This document shows, in pieces, positions 9,241 to 19,590 of a stretch of 32,000 bases of DNA. Source of the stretch: Candidatus Auribacterota bacterium. Its GTDB lineage: Bacteria > Auribacterota > UBA6266. Below the pieces are notes generated by a model. The model searched no databases, was not told the DNA's origin, and saw only the letters and a list, made by a program, of their open reading frames with translations. The stretch's first letter is position 1; each line of letters opens with the position of its first letter. The position numbers were made by a program, and so were the translations under genes. The stretch spans positions 1 through 32,000 of the forward strand of contig JAGLRQ010000023.1 in the NCBI GenBank assembly GCA_023136205.1, written 5' to 3'.

Positions 9241-10387
9241 TCTTTGCTCCGGGATAATAATATTTTAATATTTTTTTATAGTTATAGCCCTTTTTCGCTA
9301 ATGTCAGGGCCCCATATTGACACATGCCAACACCGTGGCCATGGCCTTTCCCTCCAAAATAGACACGTTTACCCCTCTTTTTTAACTTAAACAAACCACT
9401 TTTAACCTTTTTGGAACCCAAAGCCATTCTAAAATCATTTATTTTCACATTAAGACTGCCGTAACTGTGCACAATCGTAAGTTCTGTTATTCGCTTACCG
9501 TATTTACTCCTTTTGGATGGACGAATACTCTTTAAAGTTCCCAGCTTAAAACCCGCGGAACGCAGTTTTGTTTCTATTTCAGACATGGACAGCACAGCCT
9601 GCCATTTATAATCCGGAGCATTCCTGCAGTGGCGGCATTTGACCCCCTTCGGAAAATTATCCTTAAATTTGACCCAGACATTTTCAGGGATCTCTGTACA
9701 CCCCCCGCAGACAGTCGAAAAAAACGAACAGAGAGGTTTGCCTTTATAAATCAAAATCTCCCCCCTGGTCGCGTCAACCGCGGAATTAGTCTCACGCGTT
9801 TCAGTTCCGGCGCCCGCGTAATTCTGCGACACAGAACTTAAATCATAAGGCGTTCCCTCATTGTTTATAACATGGTAAAACGCGTAGGAACGCGACGCAA
9901 TAGCCTGAGCTTTGAGTGCTTGAATGTTCCATGTAGGATACACCTCATTAGGAACAACCCCTTTAATATAATCTTCGATATCAAGGCGGTTTATCACCAG
10001 TAGAAAGGTTTTATTGTCTTTCACTGTTTTTCGAAGTCTGATAATGCCTTTTAATTTGCGTTCCCCTACATCGATTAAACCGGAAGAAGTTATTGTAAGA
10101 TAATCCCCTTTATATCTTTTATTATTTATCAGAATATCATCTTTATAGATACCGACTTCGAATTTAGATCCGGCCCTGATAGTAAAGGCAAGCAAACCAT
10201 TTTGTGTTTTAACCGCGCAAATTTCATTTGAACACAATTCAACCGGGCGCGAGGCCTGCATAATTAAGACGTTAATATTCTCCGGAGGCCTTATGGGGAA
10301 AGACATGCCGAGAAGAAACAGGGCTCCAAAAGCCAGCAATACAAAACATATGCCTGCTGACATTTTTTCTCTGTTTAAAATTTTCAT
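9221..10387 (-). CDS. SpoIID/LytB-domain protein (peptidoglycan-remodelling lytic transglycosylase family)
   Basis: An N-terminal membrane/signal segment is present. SpoIID signatures are seen: EDYIKGVVPNEV, ALKAQAIASRSYA, and FFSTVCGGCTE. The 3' end overlaps the queA start by 20 nt. Confidence 0.85.
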   Translation of the reverse strand: MKILNREKMSAGICFVLLAFGALFLLGMSFPIRPPENINVLIMQASRPVELCSNEICAVKTQNGLLAFTIRAGSKFEVGIYKDDILINNKRYKGDYLTITSSGLIDVGERKLKGIIRLRKTVKDNKTFLLVINRLDIEDYIKGVVPNEVYPTWNIQALKAQAIASRSYAFYHVINNEGTPYDLSSVSQNYAGAGTETRETNSAVDATRGEILIYKGKPLCSFFSTVCGGCTEIPENVWVKFKDNFPKGVKCRHCRNAPDYKWQAVLSMSEIETKLRSAGFKLGTLKSIRPSKRSKYGKRITELTIVHSYGSLNVKINDFRMALGSKKVKSGLFKLKKRGKRVYFGGKGHGHGVGMCQYGALTLAKKGYNYKKILKYYYPGAKIEKNRI

Positions 10388-13050
10388 TAACTGGATTTTT
10401 CAGAAAGGAATTTCAGGGAAGCATTTATTTTCACAGAAGTTTCCTGAAGCTGTTTTTTCTTTTCCTTTTGCTTATCAACAACTTCTTTCGGCGCTTTCTT
10501 AAGAAAAGCCCTGTTGGAAAGCTTCTTGTTAATAACAGCCCGATCTTCTTCTATTTTAGCCAGCTGGGCTTCCAGGCGGCTTTTCTCAGAACTGATATCT
10601 ACCGCTGATTCAATAGTCATATAGACATTGCCAAAAGGAAAAATAGCCGTAGGTATTGGCCCTTCAGGCTTAAAAGAAGTGTCGAATTTAATACTGCTGC
10701 CCTTTACAAGCTTTTTAAAACCAGGCATATCCTCTTCAAGAAACCCGGCCAATTTTTTATTTGAACATTTTATAATATAATCAACATCTTTTGAAGGAGG
10801 CACATTATGGTCACTGCGCAGATTCCGCATGCTCTTTACAAGCTCATATTTACCTTCAACCATCTTAACTATTCTACTGTCTTCTTTGTTACCCTTGATA
10901 TCCGGCCAATTTGATACCATTATTGATTTACAGGGTTTTTCACGCCCGGAAATTTCATAAAGCTTCTGCCAGATTTCCTCCGTAATAAACGGCATTATTG
11001 GATGTAAGAGCTGCATCGAGACTTCCAGAACATTTAAAAGAACAGATCTCACCCTGTTCTTATCGGAAATATCCTCTCCGTAGAGAGAGGGCTTTACAGT
11101 CTCAATATATTTATCACAGAACTCATGCCATATAAATTCGTAAAGTGCTTGAGCAGCGTCATTAAAGCGATATGCCGCGAATGATTTATTAACCACGCCC
11201 GCGGTTTGCGCAAGCCGGTATAAAATATACTTATCATCAGGAGTAAGAACCATCTCATCAGGCTCGCTAAAATCCTCCATAAACATCAATAGAAACCTCG
11301 ACGCATTCCATATTTTATTTGTAAAATTCCTTCCGATTTCAAATTTTTGATCTGAAAGAAAAACGTCCTGGCCCTGAGCGGTTATAATTATTACACTAAA
11401 CCTGAGAGCATCCGCCCCATATTTCTCAACAACATCAATAGGATCTATTCCGTTTCCAAGGGATTTGGACATTTTCCTTCCGACTTCGTCCCTCACAGTC
11501 CCATGTATATAAATATCCTTAAACGGCTCCTTCCCCATAAATTCATAACCTGCCATTATCATCCTGGCCACCCAGAAAAATATTATCTCCGAAGCAGTAG
11601 AAAGAGTGTTCGTCGGATAGAAATAATCAAGGTCGGGATTTTTCTCCGGCCATCCAAAAGTAGAAAAAGGCCAGAGCCAGGAAGAAAACCATGTATCAAG
11701 AACATCCTTATCCTGCTCTAAATCCTTACTTCCGCATTCAGGACATGCCCCGGGGACATCCTCCGCGACCATAACTTCATTACAGGCCTTACAATACCAG
11801 ACAGGAATGCGATGCCCCCACCAGATCTGGCGGGATATACACCAGTCTCTTATACCCTCAAGCCAGTTACAATATACCTTTACCCATCTCTCAGGATAAA
11901 TCTTTACCTTACCTGTTTTGACGGCTTTAAGAGCAGGCTCCGCTAAAGGTTTCATCTTCACGAACCACTGCTCCGAAATATACGGTTCAATCACTGTGTG
12001 ACACCTGTAACAATGCCCTACAGAATGTTCATGGTTTTCTATTCTTTCAAGAAGTTTTTTCTCTTCAAGGTCAATTATGATTTTTTCACGGGCTTCATAC
12101 CTGTCCATTCCCTGGTATTCCAGGCCCGCATCAGCATTCATCACAGCCTTTTCATCCATAACAACAATAGGCGTAAGATTGTGCCTGCGCCCTATCTCAA
12201 AATCATTAGGGTCATGTGCCGGCGTCACCTTCACCGCACCTGTCCCAAACTCAGGATCAACAAAATCATCCGCTATTACCGGGATTTCTCTGTCCGCCAA
12301 CGGCAGTACAAGAGTCTTTCCAATATATTTTTTAAATCTTTTATCCTTCGGATTTACGGCAACGGCTGTGTCCCCGAGCATCGTTTCCGGCCTGGTAGTA
12401 GCAACCGTAATATATTCCTTAGTATCTTTTACTGGATACCTTATGTACCAGAGATTACCCTTATGCATTTCATGTTCGGCTTCTTCATCGGATAAAGCGG
12501 TTTCACATCTCGGGCACCAGTTAATAATGTAGCGCCCTTTATATACCAGGCCTTTCTTATAAAGATCCACAAAGACTTTGCGGACAGCCTGTGACAACCC
12601 TTCATCCATCGTAAATCTGGTTCTTTCCCAGTCACATGAACAGCCGATTTTTTTCAATTGCGCGAGAATTCTGCTCTCGCATTGTTCTTTCCACTGCCAG
12701 ACCCTTTTAACAAAAGCATCCCTGCCAACCTCTTTTCTTGTCTTACCTTCTTTGGCCAGTTCTTTTTCAACAATGTTCTGAGTTGCTATGCCGGCATGAT
12801 CTGTTCCCGGCATCCACTCAGCCGCATATCCCTGCATCCTTTTAAAACGGATAAGGATATCCTGGATAGTATTATTTAATCCGTGGCCCATATGAAGGAC
12901 TGAAGTGACATTAGGAGGCGGTATCACAATTGTATACGGTTTTTTATTCTTATCCGCAACCGTGTGAAAAAATCCATTCTCTTCCCAGAATTTGTAGAAC
13001 TTATCTTCTACATTTTTAGGGTTATATTGTTTTGGTAAGTCAACTTTCAT
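10387..13050 (-). CDS. valS: Valine--tRNA ligase
   Basis: The class I HIGH motif (VLHMGH), KMSKS, the editing-domain region and a C-terminal coiled coil are present. I place the start at the internal Met (MKVDLPKQYNPKNVEDKFYKFWEE) at 13050, directly after the cimA stop at 13052. The 28-aa track extension would lie inside cimA. Confidence 0.95.
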   Translation of the reverse strand: MKVDLPKQYNPKNVEDKFYKFWEENGFFHTVADKNKKPYTIVIPPPNVTSVLHMGHGLNNTIQDILIRFKRMQGYAAEWMPGTDHAGIATQNIVEKELAKEGKTRKEVGRDAFVKRVWQWKEQCESRILAQLKKIGCSCDWERTRFTMDEGLSQAVRKVFVDLYKKGLVYKGRYIINWCPRCETALSDEEAEHEMHKGNLWYIRYPVKDTKEYITVATTRPETMLGDTAVAVNPKDKRFKKYIGKTLVLPLADREIPVIADDFVDPEFGTGAVKVTPAHDPNDFEIGRRHNLTPIVVMDEKAVMNADAGLEYQGMDRYEAREKIIIDLEEKKLLERIENHEHSVGHCYRCHTVIEPYISEQWFVKMKPLAEPALKAVKTGKVKIYPERWVKVYCNWLEGIRDWCISRQIWWGHRIPVWYCKACNEVMVAEDVPGACPECGSKDLEQDKDVLDTWFSSWLWPFSTFGWPEKNPDLDYFYPTNTLSTASEIIFFWVARMIMAGYEFMGKEPFKDIYIHGTVRDEVGRKMSKSLGNGIDPIDVVEKYGADALRFSVIIITAQGQDVFLSDQKFEIGRNFTNKIWNASRFLLMFMEDFSEPDEMVLTPDDKYILYRLAQTAGVVNKSFAAYRFNDAAQALYEFIWHEFCDKYIETVKPSLYGEDISDKNRVRSVLLNVLEVSMQLLHPIMPFITEEIWQKLYEISGREKPCKSIMVSNWPDIKGNKEDSRIVKMVEGKYELVKSMRNLRSDHNVPPSKDVDYIIKCSNKKLAGFLEEDMPGFKKLVKGSSIKFDTSFKPEGPIPTAIFPFGNVYMTIESAVDISSEKSRLEAQLAKIEEDRAVINKKLSNRAFLKKAPKEVVDKQKEKKKQLQETSVKINASLKFLSEKSS

Positions 13051-13051
13051 T

Positions 13052-14638
13052 TTACTTGCTTTTTTTCTGTTTTTCTTCGTCTTTGAAAAGCTTATACTCA
13101 ACACTGTCAACCAACGCTTCCCAGCAGGCTTCAATAATATTTTCAGAAACCCCTACAGTTCCCCAGATATCTTTGCCGTCTGTTGATTCAATAAGAACCC
13201 TTACCTTCGCGGCCGTCCCGGATTTCGCATCCAGGACCCTCACCTTGAAATCCGTCAAACGCACATCGGCTATCCGCGGGTAGAAAGGAATAAGGGCTTT
13301 TCTCAAAGCGCCGTCAAGAGCATTTACAGGCCCGTCTCCTCCGGCAGCAGTATGCTCCGATTTTCCTTCAACCGAGACTTTTATTGTCGCTTCAGAGATA
13401 AGTTTCTTATCCGCTCTTTTTTCATCCACCACCCTAAACCCCTCAAGATCAAAAAAGCTCTTATGCTTGCTAAGGGCCTTTTTCATAAGTATCTCAAATG
13501 ATGCTTCGGCAGCTTCAAATTCATATCCTTTTCTTTCCATCTCCTTGAGGCTTTTTAAAATCTTTTTTGCTTCGGGAGATTTATCACCGACGTCAAGCCC
13601 GTATTCAATGGCTTTTAAAAGAACATTGCTCTGCCCTGAAAGATCAGAAACAAGAATTCTTCTTCTGTTACCCACCTGTTCCGGCCGAATGTGTTCATAA
13701 CTTGTCTGCTCTTTCTGAACAGCATTTACATGGACACCGGCTTTGTGGGCAAAAGCACTGTCACCGACATACGGCATCTTATTGTTATGGCGGAGATTCG
13801 CAAGCTCATCAACAAACTTTGAAGCTTCAGTGAACTGTTTAAGCTGCGCGTCCGTAACGCAATCAATTCCCATTTTCAATTTAAGCGAGGGAACAATTTC
13901 ACAGAGATTCGCGTTACCGGTTCTTTCTCCATAACCGTTCATTGTCCCCTGAACCTGAACCGCGCCCAATTCTACCGCGGTAAGAGAATTTGCCGTAGCA
14001 ATCCCGGCATCATTGTGAACATGAATTCCCAGAGAAACTATTATATGCTTCTTAACAATTTCAATTATCTGCCCAAGCCTTGAACCAAGTGTCCCGCCGT
14101 TTGTATCACACAACACCAGACACTCGGCCCCCGCTTTTTCAGCGGTTATGAGAGTTTCAACGGCATAACCTTCATCCAGCTCAAACCCGTCAAAAAAATG
14201 TTCCGCGTCGTAAAAAACAGTTTTTCCCTGATCTTTCAGATACTTAACGGAATCATAAATCATAGCCAGGTTTGTTTGCCTGTCAACCTTTAAAACCTTT
14301 TCAACATGAAGTACAGAACTTTTTCCAAAAATAGTAACCACCGGAGTCCGCGCTTCAATAAGGGCAAGGATGTTAGGATCCTCTTCAACCTTATTCTTGG
14401 CTCTTCGAGTACTCCCGAAAGCGGCGATCCTGGCATTCTTCAATTTAACTTTCCTTATAGAATTGAAAAATTCCATATCTTTAGGATTGGAACCCGGCCA
14501 ACCCCCTTCAATATAGACAATACCTATCTCGTCAAGTTTTCCGGCTAACCGCAGTTTATCCGCCACGGAAAACGCGACACCTTCCGCCTGTGTTCCGTCC
14601 CTAAGAGTGGTATCGTAGATTTCAACTGTTTTTTTCAT
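13052..14638 (-). CDS. cimA: (R)-citramalate synthase (LeuA-family with a LeuA_dimer C-terminal domain)
   Basis: The translation contains [30 protein letters not shown], and a C-terminal regulatory domain ([22 protein letters not shown]). The length and N-terminus match the CimA-type subfamily as I recall it. Discriminating it from LeuA needs a profile search. Confidence 0.8.
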   Translation of the reverse strand: MKKTVEIYDTTLRDGTQAEGVAFSVADKLRLAGKLDEIGIVYIEGGWPGSNPKDMEFFNSIRKVKLKNARIAAFGSTRRAKNKVEEDPNILALIEARTPVVTIFGKSSVLHVEKVLKVDRQTNLAMIYDSVKYLKDQGKTVFYDAEHFFDGFELDEGYAVETLITAEKAGAECLVLCDTNGGTLGSRLGQIIEIVKKHIIVSLGIHVHNDAGIATANSLTAVELGAVQVQGTMNGYGERTGNANLCEIVPSLKLKMGIDCVTDAQLKQFTEASKFVDELANLRHNNKMPYVGDSAFAHKAGVHVNAVQKEQTSYEHIRPEQVGNRRRILVSDLSGQSNVLLKAIEYGLDVGDKSPEAKKILKSLKEMERKGYEFEAAEASFEILMKKALSKHKSFFDLEGFRVVDEKRADKKLISEATIKVSVEGKSEHTAAGGDGPVNALDGALRKALIPFYPRIADVRLTDFKVRVLDAKSGTAAKVRVLIESTDGKDIWGTVGVSENIIEACWEALVDSVEYKLFKDEEKQKKSK

Positions 14639-15866
14639 TTTTTAACACCTTGTTTTTACCGGGTTTAAAAACCTCATGAAGAACCTGCACGGCCTTTTTA
14701 GCATGTTTCCTTTCTATAATACATGAAATTTTTATTTCCGATGTACTTATCATTTCAATATTAATTCCGGCATCAGCCAGAGTCTTAAACATTAAAGCCG
14801 CGACACCGGGATGACTTTTCATGCCGACACCAACTATTGATACCTTTGCTATTTCATCATCACATTTTATGCCCGAAGAACCAACGCCCCCGACCACGTT
14901 CTTTATAACCTCATCCGCTCTGGCAAGCTCGTCCCTTTTCAACGTAAAGGATATATCGGTTTTGCCTTGTTCACTAACATTCTGAACTATAACATCAACA
15001 TTAACATTAGACTCGGCAAGAGCGCCGAACACCTTGGAAGCAATTCCCGGCTTGTCAATAACCTCAACAATCGTTATCTTGGCTTCATCGGTATCAGATG
15101 TTACTCCAACAACTACAGGATCTTCCATATCTCCAATCTCCTCAGTTATTAATGTTCCTTCATCTTTAACAAAACTCGACCTTACGTGAATTTTAACACC
15201 ATATTTTTTACCGAACTCGACGGCCCGAAGCTGCAAAACCTTCGCGCCCAGGCTCGCAAGCTCCAGCATTTCGTCATATGACACCCTGTCAATTTTCTCA
15301 GCACCCTTCACAACCCTGGGGTCAGCCGCAAAAACACCGTCCACATCAGTGTATATCTCACAAACATCGGCCTTCATCGCGGAAGCCAGAGCAACGGCAG
15401 TGGTATCAGACCCTCCTCTCCCAAGGGTTGTAATATTGCCGTTCTCATCAATTCCCTGGAACCCCGCGACAATAATAATATTGCCTTTGCCCAGCTCTTC
15501 CTTCAACTTATCGGAAGAGATATCAAGTATTCTGGCTTTCCTGTGAGCGCTGTCAGTATAAATACCCACCTGGCTGCCGGTAAGTGAAATCGCTTTCTCT
15601 CCGAGACTATGTATCGCCATCGTAAGCAAAGCGGATGATATCTGTTCACCGGTAGACAGAAGAGCATCCATTTCTCTTTCAGAAGCATTTTCTGTTATTT
15701 CTTTTGTCAGGGCTATAAGCTCGTCAGTGGTTTTCCCAAGCGCGGAAACCACAGCTATAACTTCATTGCCTTCTTTCTTCGTCTCAACAATCCTTGCCGC
15801 GACATTTTTTATTCTATCAGGATTAGAAACCGAACTGCCTCCGTACTTCTGAACAATCAACGCCAT
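14622..15866 (-). CDS. lysC: Aspartate kinase (monofunctional, with ACT domains)
   Basis: The translation contains [26 protein letters not shown], and two C-terminal ACT repeats. It overlaps the cimA start by 17 nt. Confidence 0.95.
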   Translation of the reverse strand: MALIVQKYGGSSVSNPDRIKNVAARIVETKKEGNEVIAVVSALGKTTDELIALTKEITENASEREMDALLSTGEQISSALLTMAIHSLGEKAISLTGSQVGIYTDSAHRKARILDISSDKLKEELGKGNIIIVAGFQGIDENGNITTLGRGGSDTTAVALASAMKADVCEIYTDVDGVFAADPRVVKGAEKIDRVSYDEMLELASLGAKVLQLRAVEFGKKYGVKIHVRSSFVKDEGTLITEEIGDMEDPVVVGVTSDTDEAKITIVEVIDKPGIASKVFGALAESNVNVDVIVQNVSEQGKTDISFTLKRDELARADEVIKNVVGGVGSSGIKCDDEIAKVSIVGVGMKSHPGVAALMFKTLADAGINIEMISTSEIKISCIIERKHAKKAVQVLHEVFKPGKNKVLKNEKNS

Positions 15867-15868
15867 AT

Positions 15869-17068
15869 TTAAATCTCCACAAAATATTCCATTAACTTAT
15901 GCCCCGCTTCAAATTTCCTGCATGGGGATTCACAACATTTTTCTTCATATTTTTTACAGCCGCAAGCATCAATACCCGAACCGCACATGCAGAAAGGAAC
16001 AAGGTCTCTCGTATGCGTTTTAAGAGACACAGGCGTCGCGTGATCACAAAGAAAAAGCATCCTGAAATCTCCCTGTTTAACAAGGTAATCATAAACAGGT
16101 TTTACTATCTTTTTATCAATGTTTTCTATTGCTTTTATTTTCTCCCTTACATCGCCGTTGTGCCCCGCCTCGTCAGGAGCTTCAATATGAATAAATAAAA
16201 GGTCTTTTTCCGAAAGCGCTTTTATAGCATACGATGCTTTTCCTTCATAATTAGTATCGTAATACCCCGTCGCGCCCGGAACATTTATCACATCCATTCC
16301 TAAAGCTTTACCAATGCCTTTCAATAAATCTACCGCGGAGATTATCGCGCCGCTCAAGGCGAACTTTTCTTTAAAAAGAGGAATCCGGGGAAGCTTGCCC
16401 GCCCCCCACAGCCATATCATATTAGCAGGGTTCTCACGCAGGTCAACCCTTACCGAATTGATATCACTATCTTTTAAAACGTCAACAGACTCCCTCATAA
16501 GTTTTTTCAAAAACCCGGACCCCTTCCCCAAAGGAAGGTTAGGTTCAATGGGTTTGCCTGATATATCATGAGGAGGAACACATTTTAAATGTTTCGCGTC
16601 CGAACCCAGAACATCTTTTGAAATAATCAAAAGATGCCTGTAACTTACTCCCGCGCAAAATCTTAAACCTTTACGGCCAAGTTTTTCATTAAGATACTCA
16701 ATTATTATTTTCGCTTCTTCGGTTTTTATATGCCCGGCGCTGTAATCGGACATAATGCCGTTATCAACAGTAGTAAGATTGCACCTGAAAGCAATCTCAT
16801 CTTTTTTAAGTTCGATATTTTTGCTTAAAGCTTCAAAAGGGCCTCTTCCCGTATAGTATTTCCTGGGGTCATAGCCTAAGATAGACATATTGGCAATATC
16901 GCTTCCGGGCTCAAGGCTGTTGGGTATGGTTTTAACACTCCCGCATAAGCCTTCACAAGCAATACGGTCAATATTGGGTTTCTTCGCAACCTGGAGAGGC
17001 GTTTTTCCTCCAAGTTCCTCTACTCCGTAATCGGACATACCGTCGCCGACTATTACAGCATATTTCAT
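15869..17068 (-). CDS. ApgM-type cofactor-independent phosphoglycerate-mutase-like protein; its position suggests the non-canonical homoserine kinase analog
   Basis: The translation shows metalloenzyme superfamily motifs (VIVGDGMSD, EAPDEAGHNGD, DHATP). It sits between thrC and lysC, and no thrB is present in the operon. The C-terminal tail is unusually Cys-rich (FCMCGSGIDACGCKKYEEKCCESPC). Confidence 0.8.
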   Translation of the reverse strand: MKYAVIVGDGMSDYGVEELGGKTPLQVAKKPNIDRIACEGLCGSVKTIPNSLEPGSDIANMSILGYDPRKYYTGRGPFEALSKNIELKKDEIAFRCNLTTVDNGIMSDYSAGHIKTEEAKIIIEYLNEKLGRKGLRFCAGVSYRHLLIISKDVLGSDAKHLKCVPPHDISGKPIEPNLPLGKGSGFLKKLMRESVDVLKDSDINSVRVDLRENPANMIWLWGAGKLPRIPLFKEKFALSGAIISAVDLLKGIGKALGMDVINVPGATGYYDTNYEGKASYAIKALSEKDLLFIHIEAPDEAGHNGDVREKIKAIENIDKKIVKPVYDYLVKQGDFRMLFLCDHATPVSLKTHTRDLVPFCMCGSGIDACGCKKYEEKCCESPCRKFEAGHKLMEYFVEI

Positions 17069-17092
17069 GAAAGTTTCTCCGATATCCGCGTC

Positions 17093-18142
17093 CTAAAAAA
17101 TTAAATCAATAACCTTTTTAACATCTGCTTCACAGGATACAGGTTCCTTAACGGATTTTATAGCACGGTCAGGATCTTTAAGGCCGTGGCCGGTAAGAGT
17201 ACAGGTTATTACCCCGCTGTTAAAATATCCCTCGTTTATCTTCTTTATCATTCCCGCAACCGAAGCAGCCGAAGCAGGCTCGCAAAAAACACCTTCTTCC
17301 GCAAGCATCTTATACGCTTCAAGAATTTCATCATCAGTAACAAGATCTATCAAACCGCCCGATTCATCCCTCGCCGCTTCCGCCTGTTTCCAGCTCGCGG
17401 GATTACCAATCTTTATGGCTGTCGCAATGGTTTCAGGTTTTTTGATTACATGTCCCCGGACAATCGGCGCGGAACCTGCCGCCTGAAAGCCAAGCATTAC
17501 CGGTTTGCGGCTTGTTTTTTTCTCTTTAAAATACTCGCAATATCCCATCCAGTAAGCAGTAATATTACCGGCATTCCCGACTGGTATCGCATGATAAACA
17601 GGGGCATCCCCCAGAAAATCACAGATTTCAAAAGCCGCGGTTTTCTGTCCCTGTATTCTGTACGGATTAAGCGAATTCACAAGAGTTATCGGATATTTAG
17701 ACGTAATCTCCTTAACCATTTCCAAAGCATCATCAAAATTCCCTTTTACAGCAATTACCTTTGCACCGTGAATAAGCGCCTGAGCAAGTTTACCCAGAGC
17801 AATCGCCCCTTCCGGAATAAGAACAACACATGTAATAGCGGCTCTGGAAGCATAAGCTGCCGCGGACGCCGAGGTATTACCGGTCGAAGCGCACATAACA
17901 GCTTTTGAACCTTCCTCCACGGCTTTAGAAACAGCCATAGTCATGCCCCTGTCTTTAAACGAACCGGTAGGATTCGCACCGTCAAATTTAAGGTATACCT
18001 TAAGCTTCCCCTTTGAAAGCCCTGACAGTCTGTCTGAATAAATCAGAGGAGTATTCCCCTCGTTCAGCGTAACAACCGGGGTTTTTTCCGTGACAGGTAA
18101 ATATTTTTTATATTTATCTATAAGGCCTTTCCAGTATTTCAT
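17093..18142 (-). CDS. thrC: Threonine synthase
   Basis: The PLP-Lys motif (NPTGSFKDRG) is present, and overall length and motifs fit the short ThrC form. It abuts the hom stop. Confidence 0.93.
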   Translation of the reverse strand: MKYWKGLIDKYKKYLPVTEKTPVVTLNEGNTPLIYSDRLSGLSKGKLKVYLKFDGANPTGSFKDRGMTMAVSKAVEEGSKAVMCASTGNTSASAAAYASRAAITCVVLIPEGAIALGKLAQALIHGAKVIAVKGNFDDALEMVKEITSKYPITLVNSLNPYRIQGQKTAAFEICDFLGDAPVYHAIPVGNAGNITAYWMGYCEYFKEKKTSRKPVMLGFQAAGSAPIVRGHVIKKPETIATAIKIGNPASWKQAEAARDESGGLIDLVTDDEILEAYKMLAEEGVFCEPASAASVAGMIKKINEGYFNSGVITCTLTGHGLKDPDRAIKSVKEPVSCEADVKKVIDLIF

Positions 18143-19434
18143 TACCTTCCTCCCACTCTGTACACAACGGTTTTAGCTTTAACCATGCCAAGGTTATCAA
18201 TAAGCTTAACAGCTTTTTGTACATCCTTTTCACAGGCCTTATGAGTCATAACAACTATCGGAACAGCACTTCCCTTGTTTCTTTCTTTCTGAATAACAGA
18301 GGAAATACTTATCTGGTTTTTACCGAGAACCCCTGCAATTTTTGAAAGAACACCGGGCTTATCTATTACCCTGAACCTGAAATAATACTGGCTCCGAATT
18401 TTACCCATAGGTTTAACTTTCTTTCTGCTGTTGGGAAAATCAAGAATAAACGGTTTTGATTTACCCGATAGAATATTGCGGGAAATATCAAGAATATCCG
18501 AGACAACGGCGCTTGCGGTCGGTTTCTCCCCGGCCCCTAATCCATAATAAAGGATGTTACCCACAAAATCACCTTCAACCAGCACCGCATTGTAAGCCGC
18601 ACTAACCGCGGCAAGCATGCTTTTTTCCTTTACCATAACAGGAGTCACACTGACTTCAATTCCGTCCTGCTTCTCCTTATAAACCGCAAGCAGTTTAATT
18701 ACCAGCCCGAGCTCCCTTGCATAGTCTATATCTATCTGCTCAACATTCTCTATGCCCTTGACATAAATATCTTTTAAGTCAATCCATTTACCCGAAGCAA
18801 GAGACGCCAGGAGAGCAATTTTATGAGCTGAATCCATACCTCTAACATCAAGTTTCGGGTTCGCTTCAGCATAACCTTCTTTTTGAGCAGCTTTTAATGC
18901 TTCCCTGTAAGAAATCCCCTCATCCCGCATCCTCGATAAAATATAATTGGTGGTTCCGTTAATAATCGCGTGGATAGAATAAATCTTATTAGCCGCCAGG
19001 CCTTCTCTCAATCCTTTTAATACCGGAATTCCACCGCCGACACTCGCTTCAAAAAATATCTCAGAATTATTTTTCGCGGCATGTTCGAAAAGCTCTTTGC
19101 CGTGTTCAGCAAGAAGGGCTTTGTTCGCGGTCACAACCCTTTTGCCTTTTGAGAGAGCCTTCTTTATAAATTCTTTCGCGGGATGAATTCCCCCAATAAG
19201 CTCAACAACAATATCAATAGAATCATCTTCCAATATCAAATCAGGATTGGAAACAAGCATCCCTTTTGCAAGTTTTATCCCTCTGTTTGATTTGATATTC
19301 TTATCAGCCACTTTTACCAGTTTAACAGAAATACCAATCTTTTTACTGAAAGCAGCACTGTTCTTAAGAAGATTTTTAACAACTCCCTTTCCAACCGTTC
19401 CAAAACCAATTATTCCAACATTTATTTTCTTCAT
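18142..19434 (-). CDS. hom: Homoserine dehydrogenase with a C-terminal ACT domain
   Basis: The translation shows a Rossmann motif (GIIGFGTVGKGV), a catalytic region (NGTTNYILSRM...EADP..DV.G.D.A.K), and an ACT tail (YYFRFRVIDKPGVLSKIAGVLG). Confidence 0.93.
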   Translation of the reverse strand: MKKINVGIIGFGTVGKGVVKNLLKNSAAFSKKIGISVKLVKVADKNIKSNRGIKLAKGMLVSNPDLILEDDSIDIVVELIGGIHPAKEFIKKALSKGKRVVTANKALLAEHGKELFEHAAKNNSEIFFEASVGGGIPVLKGLREGLAANKIYSIHAIINGTTNYILSRMRDEGISYREALKAAQKEGYAEANPKLDVRGMDSAHKIALLASLASGKWIDLKDIYVKGIENVEQIDIDYARELGLVIKLLAVYKEKQDGIEVSVTPVMVKEKSMLAAVSAAYNAVLVEGDFVGNILYYGLGAGEKPTASAVVSDILDISRNILSGKSKPFILDFPNSRKKVKPMGKIRSQYYFRFRVIDKPGVLSKIAGVLGKNQISISSVIQKERNKGSAVPIVVMTHKACEKDVQKAVKLIDNLGMVKAKTVVYRVGGR

Positions 19435-19475
19435 TTTTTACCTCGGTTTTACTTAAAACTAAAGACTAATCGAAC

Positions 19476-19503
19476 ATTTTATCATCTTTTTTGAAGATGA
19501 CAA
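19476..19503 (-). promoter_or_regulatory. Putative sigma70-type promoter of the hom-thrC-...-queA gene string
   Basis: The minus strand reads TTGTCA, a 16-nt spacer, then TAAAAT. It lies ~40 nt upstream of the hom ATG, which has a GAGGT SD. Confidence 0.45.
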
Positions 19504-19590
19504 ATACTTTTTATCCCAAAATTCGCATTAGAATGCGGATGAAGAGTGCAAATTCCGGGTTGAACCAAGGGCAGAGGATTCAGAATAAAG

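Noticed and set aside
13051-13134. N-terminal extensions offered by the ORF track: valS from 13134, leuC from 1539, the GHKL gene from the GTG at 24841, and trxA from 3654
   Set aside because: In each case an internal Met gives the canonical family N-terminus and/or correct SD spacing. It also removes a long overlap with the upstream gene.
17186-17908. A 240-aa plus-strand ORF, together with similar long plus-strand ORFs at 28822-29472, 29660-30130, 11998-12532, 20435-20863 and 31444-31842
   Set aside because: All lie fully antisense to strongly supported minus-strand genes (thrC, der, valS, the kinase, gltX). Their translations are low-complexity and rich in Arg, Ser and Phe, with no motifs. 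They are shadow ORFs.
19481-19500. An AT-rich hairpin (TCATCTT-TTTTG-AAGATGA) upstream of hom, considered as a terminator or attenuator
   Set aside because: It falls inside the 16-nt spacer of the better-supported TTGTCA/TAAAAT promoter. It is all A/T with no following U-tract on the transcribed strand.
19505-19538. A short hairpin (CGCAT-TCTA-ATGCG, then AATTTTGGG on the minus strand) ~50 nt after the hybrid kinase stop, a possible terminator
   Set aside because: It has only a 5-bp stem and an interrupted T-tract. It is plausible but too weak to annotate without folding energies or transcript data.
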